Positions 33,960 to 41,598 of a stretch of 64,000 nucleotides of DNA are shown here, piece by piece. Every line of letters starts with the position of its first letter. Positions within the stretch are counted from its first letter, which is position 1. Made by a program: the position numbers and the translations under genes. A model generated the notes under the pieces. The model saw only the letters and a list, made by a program, of their open reading frames with translations. It was not told where the DNA came from and did no database searches. The stretch is from Patescibacteria group bacterium (GTDB lineage: Bacteria > Patescibacteriota > Patescibacteriia > Patescibacteriales > JAQTRU01): assembly GCA_028716725.1 (NCBI GenBank), contig JAQUPG010000004.1, forward strand, positions 2,680-66,679, given 5' to 3'.

Positions 33960-35135
33960 ATGCCTAAAAAAACTATCCTTTATTTAATAACCCAGAGCGA
34001 ACTGGGCGGAGCCCAGCGCTACTCGCTTGATTTGGCTTTGGCCTTGAAAAACGAATTCAATGTCATTGTAGCTTCCGGGGAAGAAAACGGGAAAAATACT
34101 TTGTCTGATAAGCTGGGCAAAGCCAAAATAAAATACTACCCTATCCCCTACCTTAAACGGTCTATTTCGCTAATCAGCGATTTTTTAGCTTTAATTCAGA
34201 TTGTTAAATTAATAAAAAAAACAAAACCGGACATAATCCATTTAAACAGCTCTAAAATTTCCATCCTCGGCTCACTAGCTGCTTCCATTTCAAAATTGTT
34301 AACCAAAAGTCCGACATCCGAAGTCCGACATCCGAAGTCCGAAGTAGTTTACACCGCTCACGGCTGGGTTTTTAACGAGCCAATGCCGGTCTGGAAAAAA
34401 CTTTTTTATAAATACGCGGAAAAATTTACGGCCCGGTTTAAAGACAAAATCATCTGCGTTTCCGAATTTGATTATAAAGCGGCTTTGGAACAAAAAATTT
34501 GCCCGAAAGAAAAATTAATCGTTATCCATAACGGCATTGCTCCGATTGAATTTCTGCCCAGGCAGGAGGCTAGGGAAAAATTAAACCTGCCGGAAAATAA
34601 ATTTATTATCGGCAGTATCGGCAACCTTTATAGAACCAAAGGTTTTTCTTATTTAATAGAAACCGTTAAAAAATTAGCTGAAGAAGGGATGGAAATTACC
34701 GCGGTTATAATCGGCGAAGGATTGGAAAAAAAATCCTTGACTGAACTCATAAAAAAGCATAAGCTGGAAAATAACGTAATTTTGGCCGGCCGGATTCCTG
34801 AAGCCGCCCGCCTTTTGTCCGCTTTTGATATTTACGTCTGCTCCTCAATTAAAGAGGGCCTGTCCTATACTATAATTGAGACCATGCTAAACGGCCTGCC
34901 CATTATCGCCACCCGCGTCGGGGGTAATCCGGAACTGATTGAAGACGGAAAAACCGGCCTCCTTATAAACTCCCAGGATGCTTCTGATTTAGCGGAAAAA
35001 ATTAAAAAACTAAGAAATAATACCGACTTGCAGCAGGAAATGAGCACGCAAGCCAGAATCAAGGCCCAAGAAGAATTTAATCTGGAAAAAATGATTAGAG
35101 AAACAAAAGAAGTTTATTATAAGAAAACAAATTAA
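33960..35135 (+). CDS. glycosyltransferase family 4
   Basis: 391 aa: ELGGAQRY at the N-terminus and VCSSIKEGLSYTIIETMLNGLPIIATRVGGNPELIEDGKTG at the C-terminus. Confidence 0.85.
   Translation: MPKKTILYLITQSELGGAQRYSLDLALALKNEFNVIVASGEENGKNTLSDKLGKAKIKYYPIPYLKRSISLISDFLALIQIVKLIKKTKPDIIHLNSSKISILGSLAASISKLLTKSPTSEVRHPKSEVVYTAHGWVFNEPMPVWKKLFYKYAEKFTARFKDKIICVSEFDYKAALEQKICPKEKLIVIHNGIAPIEFLPRQEAREKLNLPENKFIIGSIGNLYRTKGFSYLIETVKKLAEEGMEITAVIIGEGLEKKSLTELIKKHKLENNVILAGRIPEAARLLSAFDIYVCSSIKEGLSYTIIETMLNGLPIIATRVGGNPELIEDGKTGLLINSQDASDLAEKIKKLRNNTDLQQEMSTQARIKAQEEFNLEKMIRETKEVYYKKTN
34310..34344. repeat. five heptamers TCCGAMR inside the GT4 coding sequence
   Basis: tccgaca tccgaag tccgaca tccgaag tccgaag. 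Encodes SPTSEVRHPKSEV on the plus strand. Confidence 0.85.
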
Positions 35136-35163
35136 TTGAACCTTTAAAAAAGCGGGGATAACA

Positions 35164-35484
35164 ATGGGAACAGCAAGCACGGCCGAGACAATTCCGAAGG
35201 AATTGGATGGAAGCTATGATTATGGATATGATGACGGGGAAGAAGAACATGATGTTTCTCCCCTGGCTACTTTTTGCCTTATCTGCCTTATAATCGCCGC
35301 TGTAATTGTCTTGGCGGCTGCAATCAGTCTGCATTTTTTATTGCTCCACCTCAACTTCAGAGACGGGTTACCGATTTTAATCCCGGCATACTTTCTCTAT
35401 CTTTGCTTTGAATACTTCCATTATCAGTGTTATTATAAGGCGGATATGGCCGAGAAAGAAGCTGAAAAAGACTTTGATGATTGA
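35164..35484 (+). CDS. small membrane protein with acidic N- and C-termini
   Basis: 106 aa with two hydrophobic helices. A clean terminator follows. Confidence 0.45.
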   Translation: MGTASTAETIPKELDGSYDYGYDDGEEEHDVSPLATFCLICLIIAAVIVLAAAISLHFLLLHLNFRDGLPILIPAYFLYLCFEYFHYQCYYKADMAEKEAEKDFDD

Positions 35485-35488
35485 ATTT

Positions 35489-35529
35489 AAGGTTCTAAGA
35501 GACTTCCGAAAACTCTTAGAACCTTTTTT
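35489..35529 (+). terminator. rho-independent terminator
   Basis: AAGGTTCTAAGAG / CTCTTAGAACCTT, a 13-bp stem followed by a T-run. Confidence 0.8.
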
Positions 35530-35540
35530 ATTTCTTTAAA

Positions 35541-35569
35541 TTGACAAAATTATTTATTTATACTAAGAT
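35541..35569 (+). promoter_or_regulatory. consensus sigma-70 promoter
   Basis: TTGACA, 17-nt spacer, TAAGAT. Confidence 0.55.
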
Positions 35570-35631
35570 AAAAAATCAAACAAATAAAAAAACCAGTCCT
35601 TTAAAAATAAATTTTCTACAGGGAGAAATGA

Positions 35632-35826
35632 ATGAAAAACAAAGCCATGGCTATACCGAATATCGCTATCGGCATCTTTCTCTTAGTGGTTCTTGGCCGC
35701 GGCCTGTGTAATAACCATGACAAATTAGAATTTTGTTTCGGGTCTGTGGCCGCCGCTATAATTTTTATTGTAGTAATCGTCATTTCTTTTAAAGAAGCCT
35801 GGAAAATAATCCGGGGGAAAGAATAA
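35632..35826 (+). CDS. small membrane protein (2 TM)
   Basis: 64 aa; RBS GGGAG. Confidence 0.45.
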   Translation: MKNKAMAIPNIAIGIFLLVVLGRGLCNNHDKLEFCFGSVAAAIIFIVVIVISFKEAWKIIRGKE

Positions 35827-35855
35827 GCGGTTTTTCACAAACAAGGAAGCTGATT

Positions 35856-36059
35856 ATGGAATTCCCTATGCTAATTATGCTGATAGGACTTTTCTTAACC
35901 GCAGCCGGAGCGATTTTCAAGATGCCGCCGGAAACAGCCCCCAAAGACGTTACCTGCCTTATGCTGTTATGCGGAGTCTTGCTTTTTGTCAGCGGGTTTA
36001 TGGCCTCCTTCGGAGAAAAAATACTGAAAGTTATTTTTGACAAACTTTTGAGCCGTTAA
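35856..36059 (+). CDS. small membrane protein (2 TM)
   Basis: 67 aa; RBS AAGGAAG. Confidence 0.45.
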   Translation: MEFPMLIMLIGLFLTAAGAIFKMPPETAPKDVTCLMLLCGVLLFVSGFMASFGEKILKVIFDKLLSR

Positions 36060-36081
36060 CAGGAAATGGAGGCGCAATCAT

Positions 36082-36492
36082 ATGGATCTCCTTGAAGAAG
36101 GCGATGAACTTAAGCTGGACTTCTTAAAGATTTCAAGTATAGCGGAAAAATGTTCGGGCATAATTCCCATTGCGGTCCAAAACGCTGATACCAGAGAAGT
36201 TATTCTTCTTGCCTACACTAATGAAACCGCTTTTAGGGAAGCCATAAAAACCCGGACTCTCATACTTTGGAGCACGTCCAAAAATGAGCTGTGGGTAAAA
36301 GGAGAAACTTCCGGAGAAACTTTTGAGCTGATTGCAGCTTACGTGAACTGCGAGCAGAATTCACTGCTTTATTTGGTGCGGCCCAAACGGGGCAACATAT
36401 GCCATACGAAGAACAGGGATGGCCAACCCAGAAACTGCTTTTACCGCCGAGTTAACTTTCAAACGCTTGCCTTGGAAAATATTGATCCGTAA
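36082..36492 (+). CDS. HisI-like phosphoribosyl-AMP cyclohydrolase family protein (divergent)
   Basis: 136 aa. GIIPIAVQN..REVILLAYTNETAF...LWSTSKNELWVKGETSG...NCEQNSLLYLV...CHT...CFY aligns by eye along the E. coli HisI domain. RBS GGAGG. Confidence 0.7.
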   Translation: MDLLEEGDELKLDFLKISSIAEKCSGIIPIAVQNADTREVILLAYTNETAFREAIKTRTLILWSTSKNELWVKGETSGETFELIAAYVNCEQNSLLYLVRPKRGNICHTKNRDGQPRNCFYRRVNFQTLALENIDP

Positions 36493-36517
36493 TCAACAAA
36501 TCTAAGAAATATTTAGA

Positions 36518-36545
36518 AGGGTTGGCAGATGCCGGCCCTTTTTCT
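36518..36545 (+). terminator. terminator hairpin AGGGTTGGC/GCCGGCCCT (G-U pairs on the plus strand) plus T-run
   Basis: 9-bp stem that includes two U-G pairs, with an AGAT loop. Confidence 0.6.
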
Positions 36546-36561
36546 TTTTTAAACAATCTTA

Positions 36562-36590
36562 TTGACAATATTCAAAAAGTATGCTAATAT
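36562..36590 (+). promoter_or_regulatory. consensus sigma-70 promoter
   Basis: TTGACA, 17-nt spacer, TAATAT. Confidence 0.55.
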
Positions 36591-36659
36591 ATAATATTGA
36601 TCTTATTAATTAAAATAGGGCTGCAAAAATTCTTTTACATTATAAAAAAGGAAAATAAA

Positions 36660-36797
36660 ATGGCAGACAACAACGAAAACACCGCCCAGGAAACTTCGAA
36701 AAACTTAGATGAATCCAATAGAGGACAAATCTTCCTTGACTGGCTCTATAATTCCTCAATCGCCGAGATAGCTTATTGCCTTGATGACTTTGATTAA
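36660..36797 (+). CDS. small acidic protein (45 aa)
   Basis: MADNNENTAQETSKNLDESNRGQIFLDWLYNSSIAEIAYCLDDFD. I prefer the internal ATG of ORF 36597..36797, which has RBS AAGGAAAA. Confidence 0.35.
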   Translation: MADNNENTAQETSKNLDESNRGQIFLDWLYNSSIAEIAYCLDDFD

Positions 36798-36857
36798 GAC
36801 AAACGCTCTTTCCCCTATAAAAAAGGACTGACACACGCCGGCCCTTTTTTCTTTATC

Positions 36858-36886
36858 TTGACAAAATAGCTTGTCCGTAGTAAAAT
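36858..36886 (+). promoter_or_regulatory. consensus sigma-70 promoter
   Basis: TTGACA, 17-nt spacer, TAAAAT. It is preceded by the shared junction TTTTTTCTTTATC. Confidence 0.55.
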
Positions 36887-36948
36887 ACAAAATCAAATAA
36901 AAAATTATCAGGATCTTTTAATAAACCATAAAAAAACAAAAGGGGGAA

Positions 36949-37413
36949 ATGATGACCAGAAAAGATGATGGATTTTTCAAAAAATTCGACAGTGTATTAT
37001 TTACCGACACTGACATGCTGAATGCAGTAGCCCTGGCCGTTGCTTCAAAAATAACGAACACCTTCGGACCTACCAACAGAGAAAATCATGTTTTTGAGCA
37101 GATGCTAAAGCATCCGGAAGATACCCGCCATGATTTCCAGCTTTTAAAATTCGTCTGGAACTTGATGAAAAACAGGATAGACGAAATAAAAAAGGGCGGA
37201 GAAAAGGGAAAAAGGGCCCGTCGCCTTCTGGCGATTGAGGAAATCCCACCGGATTTCTTTACCGAGGCCCTCTGGCAGGCGCAGTTATGGGTAAGGGCTT
37301 TCAAAAACTTCTGCCTGGAAAAAGATATGGCGGAGAAAGAAGTGAAGGAACGGTTCGAAATTTTTGACCGGGAGTGGGACGGGCTTAACGACAAATTCCT
37401 GGCTACGTTTTAA
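36949..37413 (+). CDS. hypothetical protein
   Basis: 154 aa, helical and charged. RBS AGGGGG. Confidence 0.5.
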   Translation: MMTRKDDGFFKKFDSVLFTDTDMLNAVALAVASKITNTFGPTNRENHVFEQMLKHPEDTRHDFQLLKFVWNLMKNRIDEIKKGGEKGKRARRLLAIEEIPPDFFTEALWQAQLWVRAFKNFCLEKDMAEKEVKERFEIFDREWDGLNDKFLATF

Positions 37414-37444
37414 ACTTCAAACGATGCGACACTGGAGGCAAAAA

Positions 37445-37861
37445 ATGGCAGAAACTAATGAAAAGCAAGCGAAGAAAAAACCGCCGTTTCACGAAATCGC
37501 AATCGCGATTTTGCTCGGAGAGCATGATGAATTAATGGAGGCAGTAGGCCTCCTCACCTGGGACGTGACCTCCGGCTTGGCTTATGTAATAAGCCAGTCG
37601 CATATCCCCGAAGAAATTCGCCCCGCCCTTACCAGGAATCTTATCGCCGAAATAAGGAGATACGATTACCAAGGGGGCGACTGCCACATCCATGAAACTT
37701 TCGCTATGGCCGTTGCCAGCATGGGTACGGCAGAACTCGTGGAAGAAGCAATAGAAAAAGAAAGAGACGAAGACTTTCCCCCTGAAAAGCGGATGAATGA
37801 CGATGAGTTGGAAAATTTGCTGAAACTCCTCGAAGCCATCGGAAAACTTTCCAGGGAATAA
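37445..37861 (+). CDS. hypothetical protein
   Basis: 138 aa starting at MAETNEKQAKKKPPFHEIA. RBS GGAGG. Internal start of ORF 37364..37861. Confidence 0.5.
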   Translation: MAETNEKQAKKKPPFHEIAIAILLGEHDELMEAVGLLTWDVTSGLAYVISQSHIPEEIRPALTRNLIAEIRRYDYQGGDCHIHETFAMAVASMGTAELVEEAIEKERDEDFPPEKRMNDDELENLLKLLEAIGKLSRE

Positions 37862-37939
37862 ACACCGAAAGAGGAAGAATAATTCCTCTTCGTACCTTTT
37901 AAAAAGGGTTGGCCTACGGTCAGTCCTTTTTTCTTTATC

Positions 37940-37968
37940 TTGACATCTACAGAGGAATAAATTAAGAT
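37940..37968 (+). promoter_or_regulatory. consensus sigma-70 promoter driving a non-coding segment
   Basis: TTGACA, 17-nt spacer, TAAGAT. It shares the TTTTTTCTTTATCTTGACA junction with 36845-36863. Confidence 0.5.
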
Positions 37969-37974
37969 AAAAAT

Positions 37975-38222
37975 GTTCCAATGAATGTCCATCAGTTATC
38001 CGACTAGTTAACGGCGCCAAATCTGCTGACAGTACGGAGGCTAGGGGCAGAGCCAAAACGAACCGTTATCAAAGGGATGGCCTTTGTGGACAGTAGGAGA
38101 TTCGTGGGAACACGAGGGTTTCCGAGCCAACGGAACACGAAATCGTACGGTAAACCCCGCCACCAAGTGCGGTCCTCCAATCCCTTGCTTATTCTTTTTT
38201 TCGGAATTCGCAAGGGATTTTT
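37975..38222 (+). ncRNA. candidate structured small RNA of unknown class
   Basis: A roughly 250-nt GC-richer stretch between a consensus promoter and a terminator. No credible ORF or RBS. Local hairpins include CAAAGG/CCTTTG, TCGTG-GGAA-CACGA and TTCCG/CGGAA. Confidence 0.3.
38179..38222 (+). terminator. terminator hairpin AATCCCTTGC/GCAAGGGATT, copy 1
   Basis: 10-bp stem with a 21-nt loop that has an inner ATTC/GAAT helix, then a T-run. A near-identical copy lies at 38482-38528. Confidence 0.65.
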
Positions 38223-38243
38223 ATTTGACATTCCCAAAATACA
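38215..38243 (+). promoter_or_regulatory. consensus sigma-70 promoter
   Basis: TTGACA, 17-nt spacer, TAATAT. Confidence 0.5.
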
Positions 38244-38309
38244 AAGGTAATATAAATGATAATGACCAAAAATAAAATTTGTTGCCAATAGAAGAAGGGG
38301 GTGAGAAAA

Positions 38310-38459
38310 GTGTTTTCAAGAACCGCAGCCCGCACTCAACTTTCGCCGATGGAAAAAGCAACACCATTTCTTTTTATCATTGGACTAGCCGGCATATTAA
38401 TCTTCGCTATTGGCGTAATCACCGTCATAAAATGGTTTATACATATAATGCCCCTATGA
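38310..38459 (+). CDS. candidate small single-TM peptide (49 aa from GTG, or 36 aa from the internal ATG)
   Basis: My own translation: VFSRTAARTQLSPMEKATPFLFIIGLAGILIFAIGVITVIKWFIHIMPL. RBS AAGGGGGTGA lies 6-8 nt upstream. Below the ORF-track size cutoff. Confidence 0.3.
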   Translation: MFSRTAARTQLSPMEKATPFLFIIGLAGILIFAIGVITVIKWFIHIMPL

Positions 38460-38481
38460 ACCTGACCGTGATTTTACCAAT

Positions 38482-38528
38482 AATCCCTTGCTTATTCTTT
38501 TTCTTCGGAATTCGCAAGGGATTTTTTT
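38482..38528. terminator. terminator hairpin AATCCCTTGC/GCAAGGGATT, copy 2 (bidirectional position)
   Basis: Same arms as copy 1. It sits between the small plus-strand ORF and the stop codon of the convergent gene 38527..41589. Confidence 0.65.
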
Positions 38529-41500
38529 ATGGTTTTGGATTTATGGCTATTAAGCTATGCGCCCAGCTATTAGGCCAAGTCTGCGTCCAACCTAGATTAT
38601 AGTCCCCTGTTGTCGGCGCCTTCTTATAGCTCATACCCAGCTGCCTACCGCTAACATCGCTAAATATATGGTGAAAGATTTCTGTTTGACCCGCGTCAGG
38701 GATCAAATCATCAGAATTACAATCAATAGAAACAGCATCAATTATAAGAGAATTATTATTGGGAATACTTATAGAATCTTCAAAATGGACTGAATTAAAA
38801 TTATGGGAAAAAGTATTGCCAATTAAATCAGTTGTATCAACATTAGTTAAGCTAATAGCGGCCGCTGCGATTCTAGGCATACTGGCAGTAAATTGCACAA
38901 CTATATTATGAGTACCAGTAGGAGGATTAACTAAATACCAAACAGAGTTATTAACTCTTATGAGGTTTTCTTTTGCTACTGCTTTTGTCAAAGGCAAACC
39001 GGCAAAAGTTACACTTGTTGCTACCTTATTTTTATCCGGCCAATAAGTATTAACTATTAGAGCCCGATCATCGCCGCTTACGGTATGCTGCCAGGTTAAA
39101 CTGTTTCCAAAATCAGAAACACGGTGAGAAACATTGCCTATTTCTATTTCACTTGGCGGAATTGCCAAAGTACTGCCGTTTGCCTGATCTGACAGGCCTG
39201 ACCAGTACTGGCCGTTATAAACCTTTAAAGCAAAACAATATTCCGTGTCCGCGGCTAGGCCCGATACGACATATTCCTGGGGCTCTCCGGCAGAAGCAGC
39301 CGGCGCAGGCAGGCTTGAAGTCGCGATTTTTATCCCATTATCCCAGTCCGTATCTAAATTGCAATCCCCGGCTTTTACTTTATAGCGCAAATCATAATAA
39401 GCTCCTGCTCCTAAGTTAGCATTATCAGGCGAAGTCCAGAATACTTTAATTGTTGAAACGGTGGAGGAAGCTGCTAAAACAGCCAAATCGTCTACTTCGG
39501 CCGGCGGAATAATTTTCGTAGCTTCCTCGCTGCTCCACTCCCCTATATTTCCGGCTTTGTCGCGGGTGCGGGCGCGAAAATAAATATTTTTCCCCGCTTC
39601 AACCGCGACATCAAAAATGGCTTCGGTGCTGCTCGTCGCACTTATCCATTCCTGCCAATCCCCGCTTTCAATTTTATATTCAATATCATAACTGGCAATG
39701 CCGCTGCCGGTCGTGGTGGCTGTGTCGCTTCCTCCCCAGCCCACGGTAAAACCGGTTGCAGTATAACTTCCCGCCAAACTGGCTACGGTTGAAGTCGGAG
39801 CAGTTGTATCTACCAGCCAATTATAAACAGTTGAACTGCTGATATTGCCGGCCGCATCAAAGCCTTTGACTAAAAAAATATGTTCACCTTCAATTAAATC
39901 ACTAATGGTAGTGCTGGCCCGGCATGATTCCCAGCTGCCGCTGTCCAATTGGCAAAAATAAGTAATATTTTCCTTGTCGGCTTCGAATAAAAAGGCGGCT
40001 TCGGTGGAACTGGCAAAACCGGCCGGGCTGCCGGCAATAGTGACGGCAAAGGAAGCCGTATCAATTACCCAGCTAAAAACCGCCGGACTGGCGTCAATAT
40101 TGCCGGATCTGTCGGAAGCTCTTACCTTTATGATATGCTCACCGTCAGCTAAGCCGGTTAAATTAAGGCGGCCGCCGCAACTCTCCCAGCCGTTATTGTT
40201 TAAGTTATAAGAAAAGCTCGAATTATCTTCCGAAGAAGAAAAGGTGAAGCTGGCTAAGCTGGATGAGGAAATTTTTTCCGGCTTGCTTGTAATTGTTGTT
40301 TCCGGGGGAGCGCCGTCCCCGCCGAGAAGAATAAAGGCGGAACCAGAAGAAACTTTTGTTCCTAAAATCTCATTTTCCGTCTTCTCTTCTTCTTTATTTA
40401 AAACTGTTTCATCTTTTCCGGGAAGAGGGGAAATTATTTCCTGCTCCTTAAGGGGCAAGGGAGCGGGGGTTGAATTATTGCTGCTCGCTTCTGTCTGCCC
40501 CGGCGTAAATAAATCATCAGCGGTTACTTTAACTGCTAAGACCTTGCCATTTTCTTTTATCGCTGCTCCGGCTACCGCGCCTATTTTTTCCGCGATTTCT
40601 TTTTCCACTTCCTTAAAAGAGGCCGGGCTGTAAAAATTAGTTTCTATGCTTTTGGGATAAAGGTTGGAAATAAGGCTTTTTAATTTTTCCAATAAACTTT
40701 TCTTTGCTTCTTCTTTTTCTTTCTTTTCCACTTCTTTAAAAAATAAATCTATCATTCCCGCGCCATAAGAAACCGCCTTGGGGGCAAGTAGGGAGTAATA
40801 GTCGGAGTTAACAACGGGGTCATCTATGAAATATTTTATCGCTCCAAATTTTGATTTTATAAAAGCTATTAAACAAAATTTTGAACCTTCTGTGTTACCC
40901 GCGACACAGTTTGTTGTCATTCCATTTATTTTCTTCTTGAAAGTGTCACTATCAACTAAAACATTATAATTAATAGTATCCTCGCTTAAAAAATATTTAT
41001 TAGAATAATTAGCCAAAGAATTAAAATATTCTTCTAAATTATTAAATTTTGTCATTGAAGTTTTAACTAATTTCCAGTCTGAGTTATTTTTTGCCCAATT
41101 TTCAAAAGGGTCTGCTAAATGAATGTCAATTCTGGTATGGGCCGGCACTGCCATATCTTCAATTAAATGCAAATTATGGCCTAAAGCCATAAAAGCTTCT
41201 TGCCTGTCTCCTTTCACATAAGAATCAATGGCTCTCTGCCAGGTCTGGTTGCCTTTGGGATATAAGGATTGTTTAATATTCTGCCCGGTCCAGTCTTTGG
41301 CCGAGGAAAAAGCCGGCAATCCATAGCCGGTTATTGGATTATAAAAATGGTTCATCCACCTGATGGGCGTGTCTTCTTCGCGAGCTCCCTGCATAATCCA
41401 GCTAATTTCCAACGTTGAGGAAATTTTATTTCCCGAAGATTCATTAAACAATTCAATGGACTGGCGCGCCAGCGTCGGATGAGTAATAACATCATTAAAA

Positions 41501-41589
41501 GAAAAAATTTTTTCTATAAAAATAACCGAAACCCCCACGCAAATAGCAGCCAACAAGATTAAATATATTTTCCCATATTTAATTTTCAT
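38527..41589 (-). CDS. large secreted protein: N-terminal phospholipase C / P1-nuclease-like zinc domain plus Ig/FN3-like repeats
   Basis: 1020 aa with a signal anchor. ALGHNLHLIEDMAVPAHTR fits the H..H..D...P.H zinc motif. The C-terminal two thirds consist of repeated beta-rich modules. Confidence 0.65.
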   Translation of the reverse strand: MKIKYGKIYLILLAAICVGVSVIFIEKIFSFNDVITHPTLARQSIELFNESSGNKISSTLEISWIMQGAREEDTPIRWMNHFYNPITGYGLPAFSSAKDWTGQNIKQSLYPKGNQTWQRAIDSYVKGDRQEAFMALGHNLHLIEDMAVPAHTRIDIHLADPFENWAKNNSDWKLVKTSMTKFNNLEEYFNSLANYSNKYFLSEDTINYNVLVDSDTFKKKINGMTTNCVAGNTEGSKFCLIAFIKSKFGAIKYFIDDPVVNSDYYSLLAPKAVSYGAGMIDLFFKEVEKKEKEEAKKSLLEKLKSLISNLYPKSIETNFYSPASFKEVEKEIAEKIGAVAGAAIKENGKVLAVKVTADDLFTPGQTEASSNNSTPAPLPLKEQEIISPLPGKDETVLNKEEEKTENEILGTKVSSGSAFILLGGDGAPPETTITSKPEKISSSSLASFTFSSSEDNSSFSYNLNNNGWESCGGRLNLTGLADGEHIIKVRASDRSGNIDASPAVFSWVIDTASFAVTIAGSPAGFASSTEAAFLFEADKENITYFCQLDSGSWESCRASTTISDLIEGEHIFLVKGFDAAGNISSSTVYNWLVDTTAPTSTVASLAGSYTATGFTVGWGGSDTATTTGSGIASYDIEYKIESGDWQEWISATSSTEAIFDVAVEAGKNIYFRARTRDKAGNIGEWSSEEATKIIPPAEVDDLAVLAASSTVSTIKVFWTSPDNANLGAGAYYDLRYKVKAGDCNLDTDWDNGIKIATSSLPAPAASAGEPQEYVVSGLAADTEYCFALKVYNGQYWSGLSDQANGSTLAIPPSEIEIGNVSHRVSDFGNSLTWQHTVSGDDRALIVNTYWPDKNKVATSVTFAGLPLTKAVAKENLIRVNNSVWYLVNPPTGTHNIVVQFTASMPRIAAAAISLTNVDTTDLIGNTFSHNFNSVHFEDSISIPNNNSLIIDAVSIDCNSDDLIPDAGQTEIFHHIFSDVSGRQLGMSYKKAPTTGDYNLGWTQTWPNSWAHSLIAINPKP

Positions 41590-41598
41590 AATTAAATA

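Noticed and set aside
37975-38178. Possible ykkC/guanidine-type riboswitch, based on a similar motif order (CUAGGG.., ..UCCGAG.., ACACG.., AAA.CCCG)
   Set aside because: There are too many mismatches to the conserved cores as I remember them. The downstream gene is not a known guanidine-related transporter or carboxylase. I left it as an RNA of unknown class.
35141-38530. Idea that the small-ORF island is an integron-like cassette array
   Set aside because: There is no integrase gene in the window. The cassettes carry their own promoters. The boundary hairpins do not show the attC R''-L''/L'-R' organisation.
38004-38602. ORFs 38004..38288 (-), 38084..38275 (+) and 38279..38602 (+)
   Set aside because: They run across promoters and terminator hairpins and have no RBS. 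I interpret the region as a non-coding transcript plus a 49-codon TM peptide ORF (38310-38459).
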